From IMG/VR virus record IMGVR_UViG_3300004097_000002: a stretch of DNA of 42,242 nucleotides. One strand, given 5' to 3'. Shown here in pieces: positions 32,611-41,398 of the stretch. Made by a program: the position numbers and the translations under genes. The notes beneath the pieces are model-generated. The model did no database searches. It was not told where the DNA came from and saw only the letters and a list, made by a program, of their open reading frames with translations. The first letter of the stretch is position 1, and each line of letters begins with the position of its first letter. The stretch is from a virus.

Positions 32611-33138
32611 ATGCTAAACAGTAAAAACGCTTTGCCTATACCTGAGCTTTGCGATTGTTGTTGCTCGCCTAATGTGCAATACACAACAAATGATATAATT
32701 TACGGTCGAAATTATGGCGAATGGCCTATGACATATTTTTGCACAGATTGCCGGGCCGCCGTAGGTTGCCACCCTGGAACAAATATCCCATTGGGACAAA
32801 TGGCGGACCGTAAAACAAGACAACTTCGAAAAAGTGCCCACAATGAATTCGACAAGCTTTGGCGAACTGAATTAATGTCAAGAACGAAGGCTTATTCATG
32901 GCTCGCTTTGCAATTAAATATCGAAGTTGGAAATTGCCATTTATCATGGCTTTCGAAAGAACAGTTGAAGCAAGTCGCTTTAATTTGTTCAAAGTATCTT
33001 GCCGAATATCACGAATCATTAATTAAAAGAAAGGTGAAACAAAATGCCAAACAAACAAAACGCGAAACAAGGGCAAATGCTGCTTTCGAACGATACGCCG
33101 AAGAAAGAAGAAAACATAAAATCAAGCGTCGCACTTGA
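32611..33138 (+). CDS. Zinc-ribbon protein (DUF3268-like) with a basic tail
   Basis: 175 aa with CDCCC...YFCTDCRAAVGCHPGTNIPLGQMADRKTRQLRKSAHNEFDKLW, matching the DUF3268 pattern from memory. Confidence 0.6.
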   Translation: MLNSKNALPIPELCDCCCSPNVQYTTNDIIYGRNYGEWPMTYFCTDCRAAVGCHPGTNIPLGQMADRKTRQLRKSAHNEFDKLWRTELMSRTKAYSWLALQLNIEVGNCHLSWLSKEQLKQVALICSKYLAEYHESLIKRKVKQNAKQTKRETRANAAFERYAEERRKHKIKRRT

Positions 33139-34147
33139 TTCGCCAGGCGTAGCAAAGGCGCTTTCAAAAAGAATTCTTGACGACATTGACGAATATTGCG
33201 TTACGACCTACGACGGCGGACACCGTTCGCATTTGGGGGCTTCTTTAATTGGTCGCGATTGCTCTCGATATCTTTGGTATGTTTTCAGATGGTGCCACCA
33301 CGAAAAAACAACAGGAAGACAGCAACGTTTGTTTAATCGCGGACACCGAGAAGAAGACCGCTTCGTTGAATGGCTTGAAGGAATCGGCTTTAAAATATGG
33401 TTTGAAAATTACGAAGGTTTTTATCATGTAAGCGAAAGCGACGAATACGGCGTTTTTGACGGAAACGAATCAGACCTTGTTTTGAATTTAGCAACCCCTA
33501 TTTTACCGGAAAATCCGCAATTTCGTTCGCATGTTGCCCGCGCTAAAGCGGACGGCCTTGTTTTCGACCAGTACCGGATTTCTGATGTAATGGGCCACTT
33601 CGGCGGCTCGCTTGATGGAATTGGATTATTTCCCGAACGTTATAATATAGACGGTCCTTTTCTACTTGAATTTAAAACAAACGGAACAGGTTCGGGTTTT
33701 AATAAACTTGGCGAAGTTGGAATGCCTATTGCAAAACCGGAACACTTTGCACAAACTTCGACGTATGGCAACAAATACGGCTTTGAATATGTCGTATATT
33801 TGAACATAAATAAAAACGACGATTCGTTGCACGTTGAAGTTGTAAAGCTTGATAATAGATTAGGCAAACAAATGATAAACAAAGCCGAGCGCATTATTTT
33901 AGCAACCGAAGCGCCTTCGCGTATTTCAGACAATCCTACTTTTTTTAAATGTGGGTACTGCGGCATGAAAGATATATGCCACAAGGGAGCAATCCCGGAA
34001 ACAAATTGTCGAAGCTGCAAGTTTGCAACGCCTACTGACAACGCACAATGGTTTTGCTCTGTTCACAACGGAATTATACCCAAAGATTTCATTTCGAAAG
34101 CGTGTCCCTCTCATTTACCAATCACGGCGGCGGCTAAAAATGTCTAA
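33044..34147 (+). CDS. Cas4/RecB-like PD-(D/E)xK exonuclease with a Fe-S-type Cys cluster
   Basis: It has SLDGIG ... LLEFKT (D ... E-x-K). The N-terminal CSRYLWY together with C-x2-C-x5-C (KCGYCGMKDIC) fits a Cas4-like 4Fe-4S arrangement, and there is an extra C-terminal CxxC...C..H. The start is at 33044 (GGTGA RBS) or 33077. Confidence 0.7.
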   Translation: MPNKQNAKQGQMLLSNDTPKKEENIKSSVALDSPGVAKALSKRILDDIDEYCVTTYDGGHRSHLGASLIGRDCSRYLWYVFRWCHHEKTTGRQQRLFNRGHREEDRFVEWLEGIGFKIWFENYEGFYHVSESDEYGVFDGNESDLVLNLATPILPENPQFRSHVARAKADGLVFDQYRISDVMGHFGGSLDGIGLFPERYNIDGPFLLEFKTNGTGSGFNKLGEVGMPIAKPEHFAQTSTYGNKYGFEYVVYLNINKNDDSLHVEVVKLDNRLGKQMINKAERIILATEAPSRISDNPTFFKCGYCGMKDICHKGAIPETNCRSCKFATPTDNAQWFCSVHNGIIPKDFISKACPSHLPITAAAKNV

Positions 34148-35795
34148 TATATATGTCCCTAGATGGTATCAGGAAGAAGCAGAATATTCGATTTTCGATT
34201 ATTTTCAAAAAGGTCAAACAGGAAACCCCGTCGTCGCTATGCCGACGGGAACAGGTAAATCGGTTGTTATTGCTAACTTTATTGAACGTATTTTCAAAAG
34301 CTGGCCCAATCAAAGAATTATGATGCTTACGCATGTAAAAGAATTGATAGAACAAAACGCCGAAAAACTAATTTCGATTTGGCCGACTGCACCGCTTGGG
34401 ATATGTTCCGCCGGACTTAAATCGCGTGATACAATCATGCCTATTATTTTCGGCGGTGTTCAATCGGTAGCACCTGCTATAAAAAAGGCGCTATTGACAA
34501 ACGACGGTCGACCTTCTCACATGCAACATTTTGGATTTCGCGACCTTCTTTTGATTGACGAATGTCATTTGCTTGGCCCTGCGGAAGATAGCCAATATGC
34601 GTATATCATAAACGAACTTTTAAAAATAAATCCTCGTTTGAAAGTAATAGGCTTTACTGCAACACCTTACAGAATGAAACAAGGAATGATTACCGACGGC
34701 GGTTTTTTTACAGACCTTTGCTATGATATAACCGACGTTGAATCGTTCGACCGCTTAATCGCGGAAGGCTTCTTATCGCCACTTATTGCACGAAGAACAA
34801 AAACAGAAATTGACGTTTCTTCGGTCGGTCTTACTGGTGGCGACTTCAACGCAAAGCAGCTTGAAGCAGCGGTTGACCAAGACGACATTGTTGCAAGTGC
34901 TGTTCGCGAAATGATGGATATTGCGCACGATAGAAGTACATGGCTTATTTTTGCAACAGGCATCAACAACACCGAACACGTTGCAAATGTAATTCAGTCG
35001 TACGGCCTTGATGTGTTGCCAGTTCATTCGAAATTGCCCGACAAAGTAAACACCGAACGATTGCGCGCATATAAAGCTGGTGAACTTCATGGAATTGTAT
35101 CGGGCCAAAAATTAACAACAGGATTTGACCACCCGCCAATTGATTATATTGCGGATTTGAACCCGACGCTTTCACCAGGCAAACACGTTCAAAAATTAGG
35201 CCGAGGAACACGACCTTCGCCGTCGACGGGAAAATTGAATTGTTTATATAGCGATTTTGCTGCAAACGTTAGAAGACTTGGACCAATTAACGACCCTCGT
35301 ATACCAAGGCGACCAGGCAAAGGCGGCGGCGAATCACCCGTTCGAGAATGCGAAATTTGCGGCGTTTATAATCACGCGTCCGCTCGTATTTGTATTAATT
35401 GTGGGAACGAATTCAGCTTTAAAACAAAAATATTTTCAACAGCGGGAACATTGGAACCTTTACGAAGTGACGCGCCTATCGTAGAATACTTCGAAGTTCA
35501 AAAAGTGCTTTACAATCTGCACGAAAAAAGAGACAGTAACGGCGTATTAACGAAACCGCCGATGATTAAAGTAAGCTATTTTTGCGGCTTTCAAATGTTT
35601 AACGAATTTGTAACAATAGAACATCCCGGTTACGCTGGAAAACGAGCGCGTGACTGGTGGAAGCAAAGACACAACGAAGAAGCACCGCCGACAACAGCAC
35701 AAGCGTTGCAGCGTGTTTCGGAATTAAGAAGTCCGGCGCGGGTTCGCGTTTGGATAAACAAAAAATACCCGGAAATCCTTTCGGCTGAATGGTGA
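34140..35795 (+). CDS. SF2 (DEAH-type) helicase with a C-terminal zinc ribbon
   Basis: I chose the start at ATG 34140 (MSNIYVPRWYQ). It has motif I AMPTGTGKS, motif II DECH, motif III TATP and motif VI QKLGRGTR, plus CEICG...CINCG. Confidence 0.8.
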   Translation: MSNIYVPRWYQEEAEYSIFDYFQKGQTGNPVVAMPTGTGKSVVIANFIERIFKSWPNQRIMMLTHVKELIEQNAEKLISIWPTAPLGICSAGLKSRDTIMPIIFGGVQSVAPAIKKALLTNDGRPSHMQHFGFRDLLLIDECHLLGPAEDSQYAYIINELLKINPRLKVIGFTATPYRMKQGMITDGGFFTDLCYDITDVESFDRLIAEGFLSPLIARRTKTEIDVSSVGLTGGDFNAKQLEAAVDQDDIVASAVREMMDIAHDRSTWLIFATGINNTEHVANVIQSYGLDVLPVHSKLPDKVNTERLRAYKAGELHGIVSGQKLTTGFDHPPIDYIADLNPTLSPGKHVQKLGRGTRPSPSTGKLNCLYSDFAANVRRLGPINDPRIPRRPGKGGGESPVRECEICGVYNHASARICINCGNEFSFKTKIFSTAGTLEPLRSDAPIVEYFEVQKVLYNLHEKRDSNGVLTKPPMIKVSYFCGFQMFNEFVTIEHPGYAGKRARDWWKQRHNEEAPPTTAQALQRVSELRSPARVRVWINKKYPEILSAEW

Positions 35796-35799
35796 TAAT

Positions 35800-36924
35800 A
35801 TGACAAACATAATTGATAAAAATGTTCCGATTCCTTCCAACGAAGACGAACCAATTAAAAAGAAAACACGCGGTCGTAAACAAGCCGTTTCGAAAACAAC
35901 AAAGGACACGCAAGCAAATCCGGCTTCAAGTTTAATTGCTGCTTTGAAATTTATTTCACCAGCACAAAAAAAAGCGGGTCCGGTCCAAAGTCAATTTTCA
36001 ATATGTGCCCACAATAAAGCAATTGCGTTTGATGGTATTTTAACAATCGGACATCCTATTGATGAAGACTTGGAAGCCTGCCCGAATACGCTGCAATTTA
36101 TTGAAGCCCTTTCAAAAGCAAGCGACGAACTTTCAATAGTTCAATTGTCCGCCGAAACGCTTGTTGTTTCGTCCGGTGTTTTTCGTGCGTTGGTTCCTTG
36201 TACGAATCCCGAATATTTATTGAAATCAGAACCCGACCCGATTTGCGCAAAAATAGACGACCGCATTAAAACCGCCCTTGCTGCTGTTCACGGCCTTGCA
36301 ACAGAAAGCGCACCTAATGCCACATACGCGGCCGTTTTGCTTCAAGCGAATACAGCAGTCGCTACAAATGGGGCTTGTTTGGTCGAGTCATGGCACGGTA
36401 TCGATTTGCCGCCAGGAATGCTATTGCCGAAAGCCGCTGCTGTTGCAATATCAAAATCAAATTTGCCGCTTGTTGAATTTGGGTATTCTAATTCGTCGGC
36501 AACTTTTTATTTCGAAAACGGTTCTTATATAAAAACGCAATTGTATGAAGAAAAATACCCGAATTATTTAATGTTGCTAAACGTCCCTGATTTAAATCCC
36601 TGGGCGCTGCCTGTTGATTTTTTCAAAGCAATTAAATCAATTGAAGCATTCAGCCCAAACGGAAATTTGTTTTTTAAAGAAGGTGCCGTTTTTTCTAATT
36701 TTTCGAAAGAAACTGCCTCGACGTATAAAGTCGAAGGACTTCCGGAAGGAATGGGCTTTTCGGTCAAAGCGTTAACGGCTATTGAAAAACTAATGAAAAA
36801 AGCACATTTTGCACCGGAACAAAACAAAGTTTATTTTTTTGGTGAAGGAACACGCGGCATTTTAATGGGCCTTGATATTAGCGAACCCGTTCCGATTGAC
36901 GAAATTGACGACATCCCTTTTTAG
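35800..36924 (+). CDS. DnaN-like sliding clamp homologue with a basic N-terminal extension and an SSB-like C-terminal tip
   Basis: 374 aa. AVATNGACLV...LLPKAAA compares with DnaN VATDGHRLAV...IVPRKGV, and QLYEEKYPNYLMLLNVPD with KLVDGRFPDYRRVLPKNPD. The protein ends in PIDEIDDIPF. Confidence 0.55.
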   Translation: MTNIIDKNVPIPSNEDEPIKKKTRGRKQAVSKTTKDTQANPASSLIAALKFISPAQKKAGPVQSQFSICAHNKAIAFDGILTIGHPIDEDLEACPNTLQFIEALSKASDELSIVQLSAETLVVSSGVFRALVPCTNPEYLLKSEPDPICAKIDDRIKTALAAVHGLATESAPNATYAAVLLQANTAVATNGACLVESWHGIDLPPGMLLPKAAAVAISKSNLPLVEFGYSNSSATFYFENGSYIKTQLYEEKYPNYLMLLNVPDLNPWALPVDFFKAIKSIEAFSPNGNLFFKEGAVFSNFSKETASTYKVEGLPEGMGFSVKALTAIEKLMKKAHFAPEQNKVYFFGEGTRGILMGLDISEPVPIDEIDDIPF

Positions 36925-36934
36925 TGAGGTTTTT

Positions 36935-38983
36935 ATGTTAGATGAAAACGGATTTATTGCAACAAAGAAAAAAAGAGTAATTGACAAATTAAATGCAAGC
37001 GTTGGGCTTTCGGTTAAACCTGTTGAATTTATGACAATGGAAGAACTGGCAAACGAACCAGCGGGAAGCGTTTTTATTTTTGATGTTGAATGTTATATAA
37101 ACTTCTGGTATGTGGCGTTTAAATCGTTATCAAGCGGAAAATTTATCGCGTTCGAACGTTCACCCGATAGAAACTTTGACGAATCGCAATTGCGCTTTGT
37201 CTTGTGGCGTTTTTGTATTGTTAGTTTCAACGGCATAAACTACGACATTCCTATTATTGAATACGCAATGAAAGGCGCGTCGTGCGAGCAACTAAAAGAA
37301 GCAAGCGACTTTATTATAAAAAGCGGTCCTAATTATGGAACTGAAAAAGTACGCCCTTTTGCATTTTCCAAACGTTACGGGGTAACAATAGGGAAATACA
37401 ATCATATTGATTTGATTGAAGTCGCCCCGCTTCAAGGTTCTTTAAAACTGTATGCTGGCCGAATGCATTGTGAAAGAATGCAGGATTTGCCATTTCCCGA
37501 AGATCATGTTTTGACAAAAGAAGACGGCGAAATCATACGTCCTTATTGCTGCAATGATTTAAAAAACACTGAATTGTTATTCAACGAACTTTCGTCCGAA
37601 TTAAAGCTTCGCGCAGAAATGTCCGAAGAATACAAACTCGACCTTCGAAGTAAATCCGACGCCCAGGTTGCCGAAGCTGTTATAAATAGCGAACTTGAAA
37701 AAGTGCTAGGTTATTATCCTAAAAAGCCCACACTAGCAGCGGACACTATTTTAAAATACGAAACGCCGTCTTTTATTCAATACCAAACAAAAGAATTGTC
37801 GGATTTGCTCGACGTTATAAAAGACGCTCGTTTTTCGCTCGACGGTTTAGGTTCGCCGATAATGCCAAAAGAATTGGAAAAGCTAACAGCAAAAATCGGC
37901 AATTCGATTTACAAGCTTGGAATGGGCGGCCTTCATTCAAGCGAAAAGAAAACAGCACATTATGCAACCGATTCAATTTTACTTGCCGACAACGACGTTG
38001 AATCCTTCTACCCTCGTACAATATTAAATCAAAGGCTTTTCCCTAATCATTTGGGCGAAGCGTTTTTAATAGTTTATGAAAAAATTGTAAATACGCGAAT
38101 TCATGCAAAAGCAATGGCCGCAAAATGCAAAAAAGAAGGTGACAGAAAAGGCGCTAAAACATGGAAAACGGTTGCCGATAGCTTAAAAATAACAATAAAC
38201 GGAAGTTTCGGCAAACTTGGCAATAAATATTCGACCTTGTACGCGCCGCAATTAATGCTACAGGTTACAATTACAGGGCAACTTGTTTTATTGATGTTAA
38301 TTGAAGCCCTTGAATTAATAGGAATCGAATGCGTTTCGGGAAACACCGACGGCGTGGTTTCAAAGTACGCAAAAGAACGACACGAAGACGTAAGAAACAT
38401 GATTTTAATGTGGGAACAGCATACAGGGTATAAAACGGAAGAAACGCGATACAAAGCCGTTTACAGTCGCGACGTCAATTCATACGTTGCTATAAAAGAA
38501 GAAGGCGACCTCGAATCAAGATTTCTTGATGATAGATTGGGCGCTAAAACAAAAGGCGCATTTTGCGAACGAGGTTCCGCGCTTAATTCTATTTTATCTA
38601 AAAACCCCGAAACACTTATTTGCAATGATGCCGTTTTAGAATATTTGGTAAACGGAACACCTGTCGACAAGACAATCAAAGAATGTAAGGATTTCCGTCG
38701 TTTTGTTTCTGTAAAAAATGTAAAAGGCGGCGGCGAAAAGAACGGCAAGTATTTAGGCAAAGTGGTTCGCTGGTATTATCCGAAAAACGAGGCGGGTTTT
38801 ATTGCCTATGTTGGAAGCGGGAACAAAGTAGGGAAAACGGACGGGGCGCGCCCTGTTATGGACTTGCCCGACAGTTTCCCCGATGATATTGATTATAACA
38901 AGTACACAAAAGAAGCAATCGAAATGCTTTACGATTGCGGAAGACTTAAGAAAACAGCAACCGCAAAGCTTTCGTTCTTCTAG
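36935..38983 (+). CDS. Family B DNA polymerase (compact, 682 aa) with a 3'-5' exonuclease domain
   Basis: I chose the start at ATG 36935, after GTGAGG. Exo motifs are FDVECY, NGINYDIPI and YCCNDL. Pol motifs are A (DVESFYPR), B (KITINGSFGKLG) and C (GNTDGV). Confidence 0.75.
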   Translation: MLDENGFIATKKKRVIDKLNASVGLSVKPVEFMTMEELANEPAGSVFIFDVECYINFWYVAFKSLSSGKFIAFERSPDRNFDESQLRFVLWRFCIVSFNGINYDIPIIEYAMKGASCEQLKEASDFIIKSGPNYGTEKVRPFAFSKRYGVTIGKYNHIDLIEVAPLQGSLKLYAGRMHCERMQDLPFPEDHVLTKEDGEIIRPYCCNDLKNTELLFNELSSELKLRAEMSEEYKLDLRSKSDAQVAEAVINSELEKVLGYYPKKPTLAADTILKYETPSFIQYQTKELSDLLDVIKDARFSLDGLGSPIMPKELEKLTAKIGNSIYKLGMGGLHSSEKKTAHYATDSILLADNDVESFYPRTILNQRLFPNHLGEAFLIVYEKIVNTRIHAKAMAAKCKKEGDRKGAKTWKTVADSLKITINGSFGKLGNKYSTLYAPQLMLQVTITGQLVLLMLIEALELIGIECVSGNTDGVVSKYAKERHEDVRNMILMWEQHTGYKTEETRYKAVYSRDVNSYVAIKEEGDLESRFLDDRLGAKTKGAFCERGSALNSILSKNPETLICNDAVLEYLVNGTPVDKTIKECKDFRRFVSVKNVKGGGEKNGKYLGKVVRWYYPKNEAGFIAYVGSGNKVGKTDGARPVMDLPDSFPDDIDYNKYTKEAIEMLYDCGRLKKTATAKLSFF

Positions 38984-41397
38984 CTTAAAACGATTTTCAA
39001 ACTATCGCTATATGTTGAATATTTACTGTTTGCGATAGTTTGAGAGTCAACAATTACTTCAAGCGTTCCGATTAAACCTGTCACTGGTATGCTGTAGCTA
39101 TTTGCCGTTGTTGTTGCTGTTGTATAGCTTCCCGTTCCAATTCTCCAACGGATTCGCGTTTGTGTTCCCGATTCGCGGTTGTTTACTGCGTCATTGTAAA
39201 CACGAAGCGTCGTGTCGGTTCTACTTCTATTAAACCATGTTGCAGTAACATTCGTTGCAGAAACAACAGCAACGGGGGTTCTGTTTCCGTTTAATGTTAA
39301 ATACTGAGGTTGTAAAGGAAGACTTGCACGCGTCGAAGGTGCCGCGTTGAAAGAAGAAGCCGCCGAAATTGCAAGAACCCCGCCCGGTGATTTGTCAAGC
39401 AATTTTAAATATCTTGTTGTTCCAATGACTGTTAATTCTGGTAAAAGTCCATCACTTCCGCTTAAAAACCAAACCCTGTCGTTTGCTGCGTGATTTCCCG
39501 CAACTGTATCAAGAACCGACCTGTACAATTTCGGAAATGTAACAGTACCGTCGCCGTTATCAACAAAGCCCACATACGAAAACAATTCGTTGTTTATCAT
39601 AATAAAAGCAGAACCGTCGCGAACTTGAGTTACTGAGGTGTTTTGTTTTAAATTATCAATTGTATTGTTTGAAACACCGCCGACAGTGATTCCAGTTGTA
39701 TCGTATTTTGTAGAATCTGCAACGGTTGAAGAATAAGCAGCCATTAACACACCGCCGCCGTTATAAGGCGCGTTTGAAATTGCTTCAACTTCGCTTGAAA
39801 CAAAATTGTCGGTTGCAGAAAAAGCACTGAAAGAATACGAGGAACTTGCAGGCGCAACAGCTAAAACATAAAGCCGCCCGCTTGTGTCGAATGTTGATGT
39901 CGTTTCATTCGAATCATTGCTTGATAGAAAATAAGGCGGCGTAAACAAAAGGCGCGTCGTAACGTTTAACGGTGCTTTGCTTATCGGCTGCCATTGGCTT
40001 GATTCTGAGTTTGCAAATGTGGGCGTTGATGTCGAAAAACGGTCTTGTATGCAAGAAAATTTAATTTCGTTTGATGTCAAACTTCCGAAGTCGATTTTTG
40101 TAACTCGCATTACCATGTTGTTAATTGAAAAGGGACCCCAATTTAAAACAAAGACGCTACCAGGGCGAAGCGATTGCGCTTTTCTGTTTGCTGTAATATC
40201 GCATTTATACAAAGGAACATTCAGCAACGACAATTGACGCGAAGCAAGCAAACTTGCAACGGTTGCGGTTGTGCAACCAGGCGACGAAATTTCCGTTGAT
40301 TTAATACGCTGTTGGAAATTGATGTTTGCAAAATCTTGCGTAATTGCAACGCTCGAATCGTATTCGTTGTCGCGGTCTTTAAACGTAACGCGACATTGAT
40401 TTAGTGTGCTTTCCCATGTTGTTTTTTGAAAGTTTTTCAACGTAGAAATCGAGGATTCGTCCAAAGTCAAAAGGTCGGTTATTGTGTAATCGTTTCGAAT
40501 AAGCTTTGCAACAATTTTCGACGTCGCAGGGTCCTGATATAAAAGACCGTCGGCAACGCGCATTACTTCTTCTAAAAGGTCGCTTCCTGTAATTGATGAT
40601 TGTATTAGCAATGACATTCCCAATCCTTCACCGTGAAGCGTTTTTGCACAAGCCGCAAACGTTACCAAATCCAAATCAGAAGGTAAGTTTCCGAAACGGC
40701 CCCAGCTTTGCGTAATTGCATCATATATGATTTCCATAGGGTTTACGTCCAACCCGTTTGGCATTACCGAATAAAGTGTGCTTAATCCTTTTGTAAGGCG
40801 TGAAATCTCAAAGCTAAACGCCGCCGGGGTTGTTGATGTACCTATATAGAAAGATTTAAACAAAGCCCTTGCAAATCCATTATAGGCGGGTACGTTTGGG
40901 CCTATTTGCGAAACTAAATAGGCGTCTTGTCCTGGGTTGAAATTTCCATCATAAAATTGCATTACCCCTTTCAACCCGCCGCCGTCTTCGTCACCGCCAA
41001 ACAAAGAAGTTTTATCAATTGTAACGGCCCCCGATGAAGTTAAGTTACCTTCCCACACTAAATAAGTACCAGCCCAAAATTTACGAAGGCTTACTTCCGG
41101 ACCAAGACATAAAATACAATCAATTCCGACATAATTTCGATATCCCGAAATTACTGTTTTTGAACTGAATAATCCTGTTTTTACTTTTGTTTTAATTGGA
41201 ACAGGTCGAAAATCACCATACCATGCCGTAATTGGTGCGTTTTGCCTAACAGTTCCCCAAACAAGCGGCATAGGGTCGCCATACGAAGAACTTGGAAATT
41301 GAAGGTCGCCAAATTTAGAAGCACGCGCGTTTTCAATGTTTGGCTTTGGTAAAATAGCTGATATTAACGAAGCGATAAAAGAAAAAATCATCCACAT
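38980..41397 (-). CDS. Host-specificity / central tail fibre-type protein (GTA gp15-like position)
   Basis: About 805 aa from ATG 41397 (MWMIFSF...), 2 nt after the upstream stop. The N-terminus (GDPMPLVWGTVR...AWYGDF) is typical of phage-tail_3 / host-specificity proteins. It is the last gene of the tail module. Confidence 0.7.
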   Translation of the reverse strand: MWMIFSFIASLISAILPKPNIENARASKFGDLQFPSSSYGDPMPLVWGTVRQNAPITAWYGDFRPVPIKTKVKTGLFSSKTVISGYRNYVGIDCILCLGPEVSLRKFWAGTYLVWEGNLTSSGAVTIDKTSLFGGDEDGGGLKGVMQFYDGNFNPGQDAYLVSQIGPNVPAYNGFARALFKSFYIGTSTTPAAFSFEISRLTKGLSTLYSVMPNGLDVNPMEIIYDAITQSWGRFGNLPSDLDLVTFAACAKTLHGEGLGMSLLIQSSITGSDLLEEVMRVADGLLYQDPATSKIVAKLIRNDYTITDLLTLDESSISTLKNFQKTTWESTLNQCRVTFKDRDNEYDSSVAITQDFANINFQQRIKSTEISSPGCTTATVASLLASRQLSLLNVPLYKCDITANRKAQSLRPGSVFVLNWGPFSINNMVMRVTKIDFGSLTSNEIKFSCIQDRFSTSTPTFANSESSQWQPISKAPLNVTTRLLFTPPYFLSSNDSNETTSTFDTSGRLYVLAVAPASSSYSFSAFSATDNFVSSEVEAISNAPYNGGGVLMAAYSSTVADSTKYDTTGITVGGVSNNTIDNLKQNTSVTQVRDGSAFIMINNELFSYVGFVDNGDGTVTFPKLYRSVLDTVAGNHAANDRVWFLSGSDGLLPELTVIGTTRYLKLLDKSPGGVLAISAASSFNAAPSTRASLPLQPQYLTLNGNRTPVAVVSATNVTATWFNRSRTDTTLRVYNDAVNNRESGTQTRIRWRIGTGSYTTATTTANSYSIPVTGLIGTLEVIVDSQTIANSKYSTYSDSLKIVLS

Positions 41398-41398
41398 T

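Noticed and set aside
32128-32684. Several overlapping ORFs (32128..32520 -, 32198..32578 -, 32319..32624 +, 32466..32684 -) over the SSB-like tail
   Set aside because: They are artefacts of the degenerate caacaagc(n)gc tandem-like DNA that encodes the Q/A tract. All alternative frames stay open by composition, and the products are low-complexity R/L/C or T/S/C strings.
34023-34139. N-terminal extensions of ORF-track entries (helicase from 34023, PolB from 36872, host-specificity from 41445, and others at 11563, 21660, 21988, 22610, 24265, 25116 and 26887)
   Set aside because: Each extension overlaps the upstream gene and lacks an RBS, while an internal ATG with a good Shine-Dalgarno sequence sits right at or after the upstream stop. 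I used the shorter forms.
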